Assembly: GCA_031267755.1 (NCBI GenBank)
Contig: JAIRYP010000004.1
Location: 10,686 to 74,685 of the forward strand
DNA: 64,000 bases
Source of the DNA: Clostridiales bacterium
Lineage (GTDB): Bacteria > Bacillota > Clostridia > Monoglobales > JAIRYP01
Direction: 5' to 3'
Positions 19,830 to 29,598 of this stretch are shown piece after piece. The notes beneath the pieces are model-generated. The model made no database searches and had not been told where the DNA came from. It was given only the letters and a program-made list of their open reading frames with translations. The translations under genes were made by a program, and so were the position numbers. Every line of letters starts with the position of its first letter. Position 1 is the stretch's first letter.

Positions 19830-21182
19830 TTACATTCTACTTTTAACAGTATTGTCTTTTTTTGACTTAGTGATTGTAGGATGCATAATTGTTGTTGGCA
19901 AATTTGAATCATCTTTGTCATATGTCAATTGTGTGCTAGAAACAGTTTCTTTTAAAGGACTATAATGAAACTGCTCTCCAAATCTTCGTGATAGTTTCAT
20001 CACATTCTTGGGCGAAGTTTCAGTTACCTTATCATCATTAACTTCAAACCATTTTCCATTAAGTTTAAGACACGTATAACTGTGTCCTCCCACTAGCCCC
20101 TTAACATTTTTGCCATAAGTTCTTATACGGACACCCGAACTATTGTATTTTGATATACTTCCATCAGGATGTCTCACAAACTTGCATTTTTCTTGGAATT
20201 CTTTATATGCTTTTGGATATTCTTCGCTAAGTTCTTTTGTTAAAAGTTCTCTTGTTTTTTCGCTATCCCCACTTTTATTGGGCGGTGAAAAAAGATAAAA
20301 AACTCCATTTCTACGTTTTTCAATATAACCTCCATCCTCTAAACAAAATCTATTATTTATATAAGTGACATTTATTGTAACCTGAGTCAATTCATGAGGT
20401 TTACCTTCAATTTCAAAAAATCTAGGCACTTCTCTTTCTTGCGTTTTCCACGGCATTCTCCCTAACCATTCTTCATCGTTGGTTTCATTTTCTGTTTTTT
20501 TTCCGCTAACAGCAGAAAAACCATATCCAAAATGAAGTCTTTCTTTTAAATCAAAAGTTTTTTTCACGATTTCTTCAGATACAGGAGAAATTGAATCTAT
20601 TTCTACAGGATTTTTATAAGCTGTCTGGCTTTCTTTAATAATTTTATTAACAAAAAGATTATAAGTAATAAGAAAATTTCCACCGCTTATTTTTTTAATT
20701 CCAACTAAGTTTAAAACTTTCCTCGCAATTTTCTTCATTTTTGATATTCCAAATTCTTCTTTATTTTCTACACTCGTAAAAATTTTTTTCATTTCATGAC
20801 AAAGAGGTTGTTCTTCTTCACTCCATTCTCCATATAACACCGGATGGTACATATTGCTGTTTATAATAGCATGAAAAACTGCATTTAAAAAACACGTACC
20901 TTCGCTGTTTGCAAACCTAGCTATGAGTTCTTTATTAAATTCTTTTGACAATAAATTTTTTTTATCTTCTTTTTCTGCTAAATCTTCACGCAATTTATAA
21001 CTTTTCATTTTTTCACTATTTTTATTTTTATCGAATCGATTATAAATTCCAAAACTGAGAATTAATAAAAGGAAATTAATAATCATTGAAGAAAAATATA
21101 AAAAAATATTAGAACGTGCACCGGTCTTTGACACACTTAACACCACGCATTTTAAGTAAAATAAATGTACAATAAATTTCAC
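19830..21182 (-). CDS. membrane-anchored USP-like (peptidase C19-like) cysteine protease, putative deubiquitinase-type enzyme
   Basis: Cys box FANSEGTCFLNAVFHAI (Cys97 at nt 20894-20892). His box VGGHSYTCLKLNGKWFEVNDDKV (His367 at nt 20084-20082). A hydrophobic segment spans about aa 26-47. The track start is GTG, and the true start is uncertain (ATG at 21086 is also possible). Confidence 0.6.
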   Translation of the reverse strand: MKFIVHLFYLKCVVLSVSKTGARSNIFLYFSSMIINFLLLILSFGIYNRFDKNKNSEKMKSYKLREDLAEKEDKKNLLSKEFNKELIARFANSEGTCFLNAVFHAIINSNMYHPVLYGEWSEEEQPLCHEMKKIFTSVENKEEFGISKMKKIARKVLNLVGIKKISGGNFLITYNLFVNKIIKESQTAYKNPVEIDSISPVSEEIVKKTFDLKERLHFGYGFSAVSGKKTENETNDEEWLGRMPWKTQEREVPRFFEIEGKPHELTQVTINVTYINNRFCLEDGGYIEKRRNGVFYLFSPPNKSGDSEKTRELLTKELSEEYPKAYKEFQEKCKFVRHPDGSISKYNSSGVRIRTYGKNVKGLVGGHSYTCLKLNGKWFEVNDDKVTETSPKNVMKLSRRFGEQFHYSPLKETVSSTQLTYDKDDSNLPTTIMHPTITKSKKDNTVKSRM

Positions 21183-21272
21183 TATAACAGCAACTATTGT
21201 ATATTATTTTATATAAAATTTTCAATCATGTTGTGAGTGTTAAAGGCAAAATTTTGTTTAAAAAATATAAAT

Positions 21273-22055
21273 TTAAGATATATTTTTAAGTTGCAATCTT
21301 AGTTTATCGGCAATCATAGCTATAAATTCAGAATTTGTAGGTTTCCCTTTAGTATTTGCAACAGTATAACCAAAAAAAGAATTTAAAATATTGATATCGC
21401 CCCTACTCCAGGCAACCTCTATTGCGTGCCTTATGGCGCGTTCTACACGACTTGGTGTTGTATCGTATTCTTTTGCGACCATTGGATACAGTTCTTTTGT
21501 TATTGAATTTACTGCATGTAAGTTGTTTATTACCATCATTATTGAACTTCTCACATATTGATAACCTTTAATGTGTGCAGGAATTCCTATTTCATGCATT
21601 ATATCGGTCACAAGCGTTTCGGTGTCAGCAATTTTTACAGATTTCATGCTCATTCCTTTGTTGCGCTCGTTTGAAGATTCATCTACTATATTTTTTATTC
21701 TGGTTACTAAACAATCAAAATTTATAGGTTTAATCATATAATATTTTGCACCGAGTTCCGTGCAAGTTTGAGCAATTTTTTCGTGCGACATTGATGTGAT
21801 TATTATAAATGTAACATTGAAATCAAGATCTATTCTGTTTATTCTCTCTAAAACTCCAATACCATCTAGATTTGGCATAACAACATCAAGTAGTACAACA
21901 TCTGGCTTAGTAATTTGTATTAATTCGATTGTTTCAATTCCGTCTGAACTTTCTCCAACAATTTCCATATTTCCTTCTGAAGAAAGAAATTGATGCAAAC
22001 TTTCTCTATAGCTTCTGTTATCATCAGCTATTAAAATTTTAATTTTTTTATTCAC
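21273..22055 (-). CDS. spo0A: sporulation master regulator Spo0A
   Basis: A receiver domain ([21 protein letters not shown]) is followed by the Spo0A C-terminal DNA-binding signature ([36 protein letters not shown]). Confidence 0.95.
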   Translation of the reverse strand: MNKKIKILIADDNRSYRESLHQFLSSEGNMEIVGESSDGIETIELIQITKPDVVLLDVVMPNLDGIGVLERINRIDLDFNVTFIIITSMSHEKIAQTCTELGAKYYMIKPINFDCLVTRIKNIVDESSNERNKGMSMKSVKIADTETLVTDIMHEIGIPAHIKGYQYVRSSIMMVINNLHAVNSITKELYPMVAKEYDTTPSRVERAIRHAIEVAWSRGDINILNSFFGYTVANTKGKPTNSEFIAMIADKLRLQLKNIS

Positions 22056-22350
22056 AAAAGTCTCCTCTATTAATTTATGTTTAAATACATTTCATAAATT
22101 AATTTAATTTTTGAACTTTGATTTATATTTTTTACAAATTTAAACATTATTTCCAAAATTTGTCAAGTTTTTTTAAAAAAATAATTAATATTTTTACCAA
22201 AAATTTATATTTTTTAATATGTTTTAATGGATTTTTTTATTTTATGAATATTTATGAGCTAAAATTAAGTTTTTAGTTTTTTTGTTTTTATTTTCAACTT
22301 ATGAAATTAAATATAAAAATAAATTTGCATCAACGTTTTAGGCAATATCT

Positions 22351-22605
22351 TCATTTACAGGAACATAGAAAAAGCTCAATAGATTTGGTTAGTAAATCAA
22401 TATAACTGTATGTTGTAAGCTTATCAAAATTGTTTTTTGAATCGATATCGAATCTAACAACAAATACGCTTGGATATACGGATATTATACTGCCCTTTTG
22501 TATGTTATTATCTTTTTTGTTTTTTTTAGAAACTAACGTTATTTTTTTTCCAATATTTTTTCTTATAGCATTTTTAATTTTTATTAAATCATTTTTATTA
22601 TACAA
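22351..22605 (-). CDS. veg: Veg protein
   Basis: An 84-aa protein. The blocks YPSVFVVRFD and TYSYIDLLTKSIEL match the Veg pattern. Confidence 0.85.
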   Translation of the reverse strand: MYNKNDLIKIKNAIRKNIGKKITLVSKKNKKDNNIQKGSIISVYPSVFVVRFDIDSKNNFDKLTTYSYIDLLTKSIELFLCSCK

Positions 22606-22824
22606 AAAGTTTTTCCTCCTCTGGCCATTAAAGAAATTTTAACATACAATTACTTTTTTGTAAATATATAACTTACATGAGATTCTTAATATTTTTTAGT
22701 AAAATATTTTAAAAATTTTCTTAGTATTTTTACAAATTTGATATATGTGGATTATCAAGAAAGTGTAAAATATTTTTGATGTGATGTTTGTGGTAATATA
22801 AATGAGTGTTAGGGGAGATTAAGT

Positions 22825-23457
22825 TTGGCCGAAGAAGGAAAGTTTATTGTTGTTGAAGGAATCGATGGAAGTGGTAAAACTAATTTATGCAAAAATATTG
22901 AAAGAGAACTTTTAAGTGAGGGTATCAAAACATTTTCAACTAAAGAGCCAACTGATCTTGAGACTGGAAAAATTATAAAAAAAATTCTTTCGGCTAACGT
23001 TTTACAAAATAGATTTTCACAGTCTGCACTGTTCTTGGCTGATAGAATTGAACACTTGGAACATCCAAAATATGGAATTAAAAAGCACTTAAAAAGAGGA
23101 TATGTAGTAGTATGCGATAGATATTATTATTCTTCTTTTGCATATCAAAGCCTAACAATGAGTTTGGATTGGGTTATGACTATAAATTTATCTTGTTCAA
23201 GAATAATAAAACCAGATTTATGTATTTTTTTAGATACTCCGCCAGTAATTTGTCGTGAAAGAATTTTTGAAAAAAGAAAAAAAATAGAGGTTTTTGAAAG
23301 AGATATTGAAACAATGAATGAAATTAGAGAAAATTATTTTAGAGTTTTTGACATACTTGGAAAAAATGAAAATGTTTTAATTGTTTCTAAAAAAATGACT
23401 GAAGAAAATGAAATTTTGCAGTTTGTAAAAAAGGAAATTTTAAAAATAATAGTTTAA
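22825..23457 (+). CDS. tmk: thymidylate kinase
   Basis: TTG start 7 nt after AGGGGAGA. Contains the P-loop VVEGIDGSGKT and a DRYYYSSFAYQ block. Confidence 0.85.
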   Translation: MAEEGKFIVVEGIDGSGKTNLCKNIERELLSEGIKTFSTKEPTDLETGKIIKKILSANVLQNRFSQSALFLADRIEHLEHPKYGIKKHLKRGYVVVCDRYYYSSFAYQSLTMSLDWVMTINLSCSRIIKPDLCIFLDTPPVICRERIFEKRKKIEVFERDIETMNEIRENYFRVFDILGKNENVLIVSKKMTEENEILQFVKKEILKIIV

Positions 23458-23491
23458 AATTTATTGTATTTGGACGATTTTTGAGGTTTAA

Positions 23492-24307
23492 ATGATTGTA
23501 TACGCTTTAGTTGGTGAAAGCGGAACCGGGAAAAGTTATAATAGTCTGCGAGTTGCTAAGGAAAATAATATATATTATGTTATAGATGACGGAATACTTA
23601 TTCACAAAAATAAAATTTTATGTGGAAAGTCTGCAAAAAAAGAGCGTACAAAAGTTGCTTCAGTAAAGTGCGCCTTATTTTTCGATAAAAAACATAGAGA
23701 TGATATGAAAAAAACAATAAAAGAAAAAAAGATAAATTTTCTTCTCATACTTGGAACATCAAAGAAAATGGTTGAAAAAATTGCTGAAAATTTGGGACCT
23801 TTTAAAATTTCAAAATTTATTAGTATGGAACAAATTTCATCTTCTGAAATTATTGAATACGCAAAGAAAATGAGGCAAGAGCAAGGCAAACATATTATTC
23901 CGGTTCCTACACTTGAAGTTAGGAAGCATTTTTTAGGATATTTTTTAGATCCTATAAAACTCAGTTTTATAAGAAAAAATAAAGTGATTGTTGAGGAAAA
24001 AACGGTAATTCGTCCGAGTTTTAGTTTTTTTGGAGAATATTTTGTCTCAAATAAAGTAATTTTTGATATTTGCGTTTATGAAATTCTGAAATTTAAAGAA
24101 GTTCAAAAGATTGTTAATGTCAGAATTTTTGGTATTAAAATTAAAAAGTTAAGCTTAGTAATTGATCTTATTTTATTGTATCCTTCTGATTTAAAAGGCG
24201 TTTGCAGTAAAGTTTCTAAAATACTTAGGAAAAAAATTGAAGATTTTACATCACTCAATGTAAAGAATATAAAAGTTAATGTAAAGACAATTGTTTTTAA
24301 AAAATAA
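23492..24307 (+). CDS. hypothetical fusion protein: N-terminal P-loop NTPase-like domain plus C-terminal Asp23/Gls24-like domain
   Basis: Walker A-like LVGESGTGKS occurs at aa 6-15. The C-terminal ~100 aa (GEYFVSNKVIFDICVYEILKFKEVQKIVNVRI to LNVKNIKVNVKTI) has the alternating pattern of Asp23-family proteins. Confidence 0.5.
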   Translation: MIVYALVGESGTGKSYNSLRVAKENNIYYVIDDGILIHKNKILCGKSAKKERTKVASVKCALFFDKKHRDDMKKTIKEKKINFLLILGTSKKMVEKIAENLGPFKISKFISMEQISSSEIIEYAKKMRQEQGKHIIPVPTLEVRKHFLGYFLDPIKLSFIRKNKVIVEEKTVIRPSFSFFGEYFVSNKVIFDICVYEILKFKEVQKIVNVRIFGIKIKKLSLVIDLILLYPSDLKGVCSKVSKILRKKIEDFTSLNVKNIKVNVKTIVFKK

Positions 24308-24345
24308 TAAAAACTTACATAAGAATAGATTTTGAGGTAATAAGT

Positions 24346-25203
24346 TTGAATAAAAAATGTGTGTTTAATATAGATAAAAAACATTTTAATATTGAACAAA
24401 TTTTTGAATGTGGACAATGTTTTAGGTGGGAAAGAAATTTATACGGAGGTTTTACAGGTGTTGTGCAAAATGAAGTTATCAATGTTTATACCGAAGGGAA
24501 TAAACTTTTTATTGTTGGGTCGTTACATCAGAAAAAATGGATCAAATACTTTGATTTATTGAGGGATTATAAAAAAATAAAAGAAATTCTTGAAGTAAAT
24601 TTAGTCATGAAGAAATGTATAAAAAAAGGCTATGGTATAAGAATTTTACAACAAGATTTTTGGGAGACTATTATTTCTTTTATAATTTCGGCAAACAACA
24701 ATATTCCGAGAATAAAGAAAATAATATTAAAATTTTGCGAATATTTTGGAGAAGAAATTGAAACGCCTGAATGTTTTTGTGGTAAAAAATATTATTCATT
24801 TCCAAAAATTGAAACAATTGCAAATTTAGAAACAAAAGATTTAGCGCCAATTTCTGCAGGTTTTAGAGATAAATATATCATCCAAACAGCAAGAAAAATA
24901 TTGAAATTGAAATATGAATTTTGTTCAATTGAAAGGGATTCAAATGAGGATATTTTTCAAAAACTTTTGAAATTGAATGGTGTTGGAGAAAAGATATCAA
25001 ATTGTGTTTTACTTTTTTCATTTGCTAGATATGAAGCTTTTCCGCAAGATGTTTGGATAAATAGAATTATGGAATCAGAATTTGGCATTAGTAAAAAAGA
25101 AGTGAAAAAATTTGTAGTTCAAAAATTTGGTAATTATGCAGGAATTGCTCAGCAATATCTCTATTATTATTTTAAAAAGAATAAAGTAATAACAAAAGTG
25201 TAA
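24346..25203 (+). CDS. ogg: 8-oxoguanine DNA glycosylase / HhH-GPD family (OGG type)
   Basis: TTG start. Contains GQCFRW at the N-terminus, the HhH element LNGVGEKISNCVLLF, and FPQDVWI with the catalytic Asp context. Confidence 0.8.
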   Translation: MNKKCVFNIDKKHFNIEQIFECGQCFRWERNLYGGFTGVVQNEVINVYTEGNKLFIVGSLHQKKWIKYFDLLRDYKKIKEILEVNLVMKKCIKKGYGIRILQQDFWETIISFIISANNNIPRIKKIILKFCEYFGEEIETPECFCGKKYYSFPKIETIANLETKDLAPISAGFRDKYIIQTARKILKLKYEFCSIERDSNEDIFQKLLKLNGVGEKISNCVLLFSFARYEAFPQDVWINRIMESEFGISKKEVKKFVVQKFGNYAGIAQQYLYYYFKKNKVITKV

Positions 25204-25218
25204 AGTTTGGAGTCCATT

Positions 25219-25842
25219 ATGATTTACAATGATGACAACGTTATTGTTTGTTTTTGTCCTGAGTGCGAAGAAATTTGCATTAAAGAAGTTTATTTTTTTA
25301 ATTTTCACACTTTAAAGGGAAAAACAATCATATGTGAAAATTGTAAATCTGTTGTGGTTGAAATAGTTGTTGAGAGTATGAAAAAATATAAAATGAGATT
25401 TTTATGTTGTGAATGTGGAAACATTCACGAAACATTTTTAAATCCGTCGATTTTTTGGAGAAGTGAAATTTTTATTTATAAATGTCAAGTTACTAATGGA
25501 GTTTCTTTAATTACGGGAGAAAAAAATAATGTTTTTAAATTTGTTGAAACTTTGAAAGAAACTCAAGACATAAATACTTCAAGTATTGAAAATCTTCTTG
25601 AAGAAAGAGGTGAAAATCATGTTGTGTTTGCTGAAATTGTAAATGTAATAAGAGAAATAAACAAAAATAATAGAATTGTTTGCGAATGTGAAAATAGAGA
25701 CATAATTTTAACATTGAACAAAAAAAATATTAAATTTTTGTGTGAAAAGTGTAAGAATGTGAAGATAATAAAAGTTACTAAAAAGGAACTTGTTAAATTA
25801 AAAAAAGATGGCAAAATACATGTGAAAAAAATTTATTTATAA
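25219..25842 (+). CDS. hypothetical Cys-rich protein with repeated zinc-ribbon-like CxxC pairs
   Basis: The track starts at TTG 25207, but the ATG at 25219 lies 6 nt after GGAG. Cys pairs: CFCPEC/CENC, CCEC with a distal C, and CEC/CEKC. Confidence 0.55.
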   Translation: MIYNDDNVIVCFCPECEEICIKEVYFFNFHTLKGKTIICENCKSVVVEIVVESMKKYKMRFLCCECGNIHETFLNPSIFWRSEIFIYKCQVTNGVSLITGEKNNVFKFVETLKETQDINTSSIENLLEERGENHVVFAEIVNVIREINKNNRIVCECENRDIILTLNKKNIKFLCEKCKNVKIIKVTKKELVKLKKDGKIHVKKIYL

Positions 25843-25971
25843 AGGAAGCTAAAATTATAAAAGTATAATTTTGGTTACTATAAATCGAATTATAAATTTT
25901 ATAAAATTCAACGTCTGTCTTTTTTTAAAGTATTACATATGTAAATATTTTGATGTGGAGGGAGTGTCATT

Positions 25972-26414
25972 ATGGAACTAACAAAAGAATATTTTGATAA
26001 TCGTTTTAATTCAATGTATGATCCTAGCACTTTTACTTTGCCATCTGAAATTGATAAACTTGATGAAGAAAAATTTTTAGAATTATTGGAAGAAAAGAAA
26101 ATTTTATACGGAATAGCAAATTTTATTGTACTCGGCGATTTAGAGCTTTCGGAAGGTTTTAAAAAAAACTTAATAAACAAAATGAAATTTTTAATTCACT
26201 TGACGATAAAGAACTTGTAGATTTATTTTGCAATATTCAAATACTTGCTTTAGGAGTATATCCTGAAATTTTTAAAGAAGGAGAAGTAATTCTAAAAAAA
26301 TTATTGCAGGGTTCAAATATAGAAGATGAAGAAATTTTAAAAATCTATTTAGATTATGCAAAAAATATGAAAATTTTAAACAATAAACCATATAATCAAC
26401 TAAATTTGAATTAA
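25972..26414 (+). pseudogene. hypothetical acidic helical protein split by a frameshift at an A8 tract (26161-26168)
   Basis: Frame 1 (25972..26220) ends soon after the A8 run. The shifted frame is open from 26163 to the TAA at 26412-26414. It reads KKLNKQNEIFNSLDDKELVDLFCNIQILALGVYPEIFKEGEVILKKLLQGSNIEDEEILKIYLDYAKNMKILNNKPYNQLNLN and has no start codon of its own. One extra A would fuse the two parts into a single ~147-aa ORF. Confidence 0.6.
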
Positions 26415-27086
26415 ACAGCGAAAAAATTTTGTATAAAACTTCGGGATCAATTAATGCCTAATTTTTTGATATTTAGGTTTATTGTGAAGATTTGGAATAA
26501 AGTTTGTGATTTTTTTAATTTTAAAACCCATAGGAACCAATCGGTGAAAGTTTTTAAACGTTTGTATATAAAATTTGAGGACATTGTGGAAAAAATAAAA
26601 TTTAGAGGACAATTATTATCGCCAGTTAGTTTTAGTTTTCCAAACGAGGTTAAATCTCCTAATGATCTGACAAAATAATGTATAAATAATTTTTAAACTT
26701 ATCTCTGGATTTTTATAAACGTTGAATGGGTTAAGAATTTTTATATTTAAAATTTTTTTTCAAGAAAAATGCCATGAAACAGTTTTGTATGTTATTATTA
26801 AGAGCTTGTTTTTGGCTTTTTGTCGTTATTTTTCGTTTATCTTCTTTTTAAAATTTTTTTTATTTATTGTTTAATAATATGATTATTGTTTAACATTTGG
26901 CGATTTTTGTTTTTTTAAAACCCAAATTATTAGTGGATTATTCTTATAACTAATATGTTTTATATTTGTAATTTTAAAATTTACCGGCTTTAAGTGTTAA
27001 ATGAATAATAAATTTAATCGAGTAATAAAAATTATAAAAACGTACAGATTATAAGATGCTGTTATTTTGATTGGAGTTGATGAGAT

Positions 27087-27938
27087 GTGTTAGTTACGGG
27101 AAAAGAAATTTTAAATGATGCACGCAAAAACGGTTATGCGGTTGGTGCTTTCAATGTAGTCAACATGGAAATGGCACAGGCTGTTGTTCGCGCTGCTGAA
27201 TACGAAAATTCTCCTGTTATAATTCAAACTACTGAAGGTGCACTTGAATATGCAGGCGTTAGTTTGATTTCAAAAATTGTTAAAAAATTAGCAAAAGGAA
27301 GCAATGTTCCTGTTGCTTTACATTTGGATCATGGCAAAAGCCTTGAAGTTGCAATGCAATGTATAAGGAGTGGGTACACGTCGGTTATGATTGATGGTTC
27401 ACATTTATCACTTAATGAAAATATTTTTTTAGCAGCAAGAGTGGCTGAAGTTGCTCATGCATGCAACGTATCAGTTGAAGCAGAACTTGGAAGACTTGGC
27501 GGAATTGAAGATAATGTAAACGTTTCTAAAGAAGACGAATTTTTTACTGATCCTGATGAAGCAATAACTTTTGTAAAAGAAACTGAAATTGATTATTTGG
27601 CAATTGCAATTGGAACTGCTCATGGAAAGTATAAAGGCATTCCAAAACTTGATTTTGATAGGCTTGAGATTATTAAGAAAAGTTTAGAAATTCCAATTGT
27701 TTTACATGGCGCATCAGGAGTTTCTGAAAAGGACATAAAAAAAGCTATAAAACTTGGAATAAACAAAATAAACATAGACACGGACTTGAGAGTTGCTTTT
27801 ACTGATAAAATTAAAGAAATAATTGCCCTAAATCCAGATGAATTTGATATAAGGAAAATTTTTGCACCAGCAAGAGAGAATGTCATAGAAACTGTGAGGC
27901 ATAAAATCAAATTATTTGGTTCAAGTGGAAAATATTAA
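27087..27938 (+). CDS. fba: class II fructose-1,6-bisphosphate aldolase
   Basis: GTG start after GGAGTTGATGAGAT. Contains GAFNV, LHLDHG, EAELG and VLHGASG blocks. Confidence 0.92.
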   Translation: MLVTGKEILNDARKNGYAVGAFNVVNMEMAQAVVRAAEYENSPVIIQTTEGALEYAGVSLISKIVKKLAKGSNVPVALHLDHGKSLEVAMQCIRSGYTSVMIDGSHLSLNENIFLAARVAEVAHACNVSVEAELGRLGGIEDNVNVSKEDEFFTDPDEAITFVKETEIDYLAIAIGTAHGKYKGIPKLDFDRLEIIKKSLEIPIVLHGASGVSEKDIKKAIKLGINKINIDTDLRVAFTDKIKEIIALNPDEFDIRKIFAPARENVIETVRHKIKLFGSSGKY

Positions 27939-27959
27939 CAAGTAGGACTATGTGTTTAT

Positions 27960-29492
27960 TTATGTTGCATAATCTGTGGTGCGGAATTCTCGTATTACGT
28001 TTACTTTAATTTGTCCAGGATAATCAATTTCATTTTCAATTCTTTCAGAAATTTTTCTTGCTAATATTATGCATTCATCATCATTTAAACTACATGGTTT
28101 TACTATAATTCTTACTTCTCTTCCTGCTTGTACAGCATATGCATTTTCAACGCCTTTATAAGAATTACAAATTTCTTCAATTTTTCTCAATCTTTCAATA
28201 TAATTTTCAACATTTTCTCTTCTTGCGCCTGGTCGTGCCGCGGAAATCGAATCAGCTGCTTGTACTAAATATGCAACAACTGAATTTGGTGTAACATCGT
28301 CATGATGAGACAAAATTGCATTTATAATTTCTTCACTTTCTCCATATTTTTTTGCAATTTTTGCACCAATTTCAATATGTGAACCTTCAGCTTCTCCATC
28401 TACTGCTTTGCCTATATCATGGAAAAGCCCACCACGTTTTGCAGAATCTACATTTTCTCCAAGTTCTGATGCCATAAATCCTGCAATAAGTGATACTTCA
28501 ATTGAATGTTTTAAAACATTTTGTCCAAAACTTGTTCTATATTTAAGTTTACCCAAAAGTTTTATTAATTCAGGATGGATACCATATACACATGTAACAA
28601 GAACAGCTTGTTCACCTTTTTGTTTTATAACTTCTTCTATTTCTTTTTTAGATTTTTTAATCATTTCTTCAATACGTGTTGGGTGTATTCTTCCATCAAG
28701 TATAAGTTTTTCAAGTGCAAGCCTTGCGATTTCTCTTCTAATTGGCTCAAAACCTGATAATACAACTGCTTCGGGAGTATCGTCAATTATTAAGTCAATT
28801 CCAGTTAATGTTTCAAAAGTTCTTATGTTTCTTCCTTCTCTGCCAATTATTCTTCCTTTTACTTCATCATTTGGAAGATGCACTACCGAAACTGTGGATT
28901 CGGTAACATAATCAAACGAACAGCGTTGTATTGCTCTTATGATGATTTCATTTGCTCTAGATTTCATTTTTTCTTTAGTTTTTTCTTCAAATTTTTTTAT
29001 TAGAAGAGCAAATTCATGTTTCATTTCATCTTCTGTTTTTTTTAACAAAAAACTTTTTGCTTCGATTACGGTCATTCTAGCGTTTTTTTCAAGAATTTTT
29101 TCTTGTTCAATTTTCATTATTTCAATTTTTTTTTCAATATTTTCAATGTTTTTATGTTTTATTTGCATTTCTTCTTCTTTTTTATCCATCATTTGACTTT
29201 TTTTTTCTAAAAATTCTTCTTTTTCAAGTATTCTTTTTTCTTGTTTTTGAAGATTTATTCGTCTTTCCTTTTCCTCATTTTCGTACTCAATTCTTTTTTT
29301 ATGAATTTCATCTCCCGCTTCAAAAATTTTTTCTTTTTTCAAGTTTTCAGCTTCTTTTTTTGCAGCCAAAATTATTTCTTCAGATTTTTTGTTTAATTCT
29401 TTTTTAATGTTTTTTTGCTTATTTTTTAAAAATATTTTTAATGGTAAATAAAGTAGCAATCCTGCCATAATAAATAAAGAGAATATTATCAA
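27960..29492 (-). CDS. rny: ribonuclease Y
   Basis: An N-terminal TM segment is followed by a Lys/Glu coiled coil, a KH domain ([12 protein letters not shown]) and an HD domain (HSIEVS, FHDIGKA). Confidence 0.95.
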   Translation of the reverse strand: MIIFSLFIMAGLLLYLPLKIFLKNKQKNIKKELNKKSEEIILAAKKEAENLKKEKIFEAGDEIHKKRIEYENEEKERRINLQKQEKRILEKEEFLEKKSQMMDKKEEEMQIKHKNIENIEKKIEIMKIEQEKILEKNARMTVIEAKSFLLKKTEDEMKHEFALLIKKFEEKTKEKMKSRANEIIIRAIQRCSFDYVTESTVSVVHLPNDEVKGRIIGREGRNIRTFETLTGIDLIIDDTPEAVVLSGFEPIRREIARLALEKLILDGRIHPTRIEEMIKKSKKEIEEVIKQKGEQAVLVTCVYGIHPELIKLLGKLKYRTSFGQNVLKHSIEVSLIAGFMASELGENVDSAKRGGLFHDIGKAVDGEAEGSHIEIGAKIAKKYGESEEIINAILSHHDDVTPNSVVAYLVQAADSISAARPGARRENVENYIERLRKIEEICNSYKGVENAYAVQAGREVRIIVKPCSLNDDECIILARKISERIENEIDYPGQIKVNVIREFRTTDYAT

Positions 29493-29598
29493 AGAGATTG
29501 TTTGATTATTTATATTTTGTCACCTTCCTTATTTTCAGTTTATGATAATTAAAAAGCAATAAAAATACATTATTCAAAAATTATGTATTTTATTATAA

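Noticed and set aside
22056-22350. Spo0A-box autoregulatory sites upstream of spo0A.
   Set aside because: I saw only a near match (tttgtcaag against the TGTCGAA-type consensus). In DNA this AT-rich a single imperfect 7-mer is not evidence.
26454-26678. A 74-aa plus-strand ORF in the spacer upstream of fba. A similar case is the 67-aa ORF at 33852-34055.
   Set aside because: Neither has a Shine-Dalgarno sequence. Their composition is atypical for real proteins here, and neither has any recognisable motif.
28408-28911. A 167-aa plus-strand ORF inside rny. Similar long antisense ORFs occur elsewhere: 6069-6449 in cmk, 14957-15349 in murJ, 30524-30979 in gyrA, 50969-51412 in spoIVA and 59393-59878 in polC.
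   Set aside because: Each lies fully antisense to a confidently identified conserved gene. Each has the Ser/Phe/Ile/Leu-rich low-complexity composition typical of the reverse frame of AT-rich Lys/Glu/Asn-rich genes. None has a convincing RBS.
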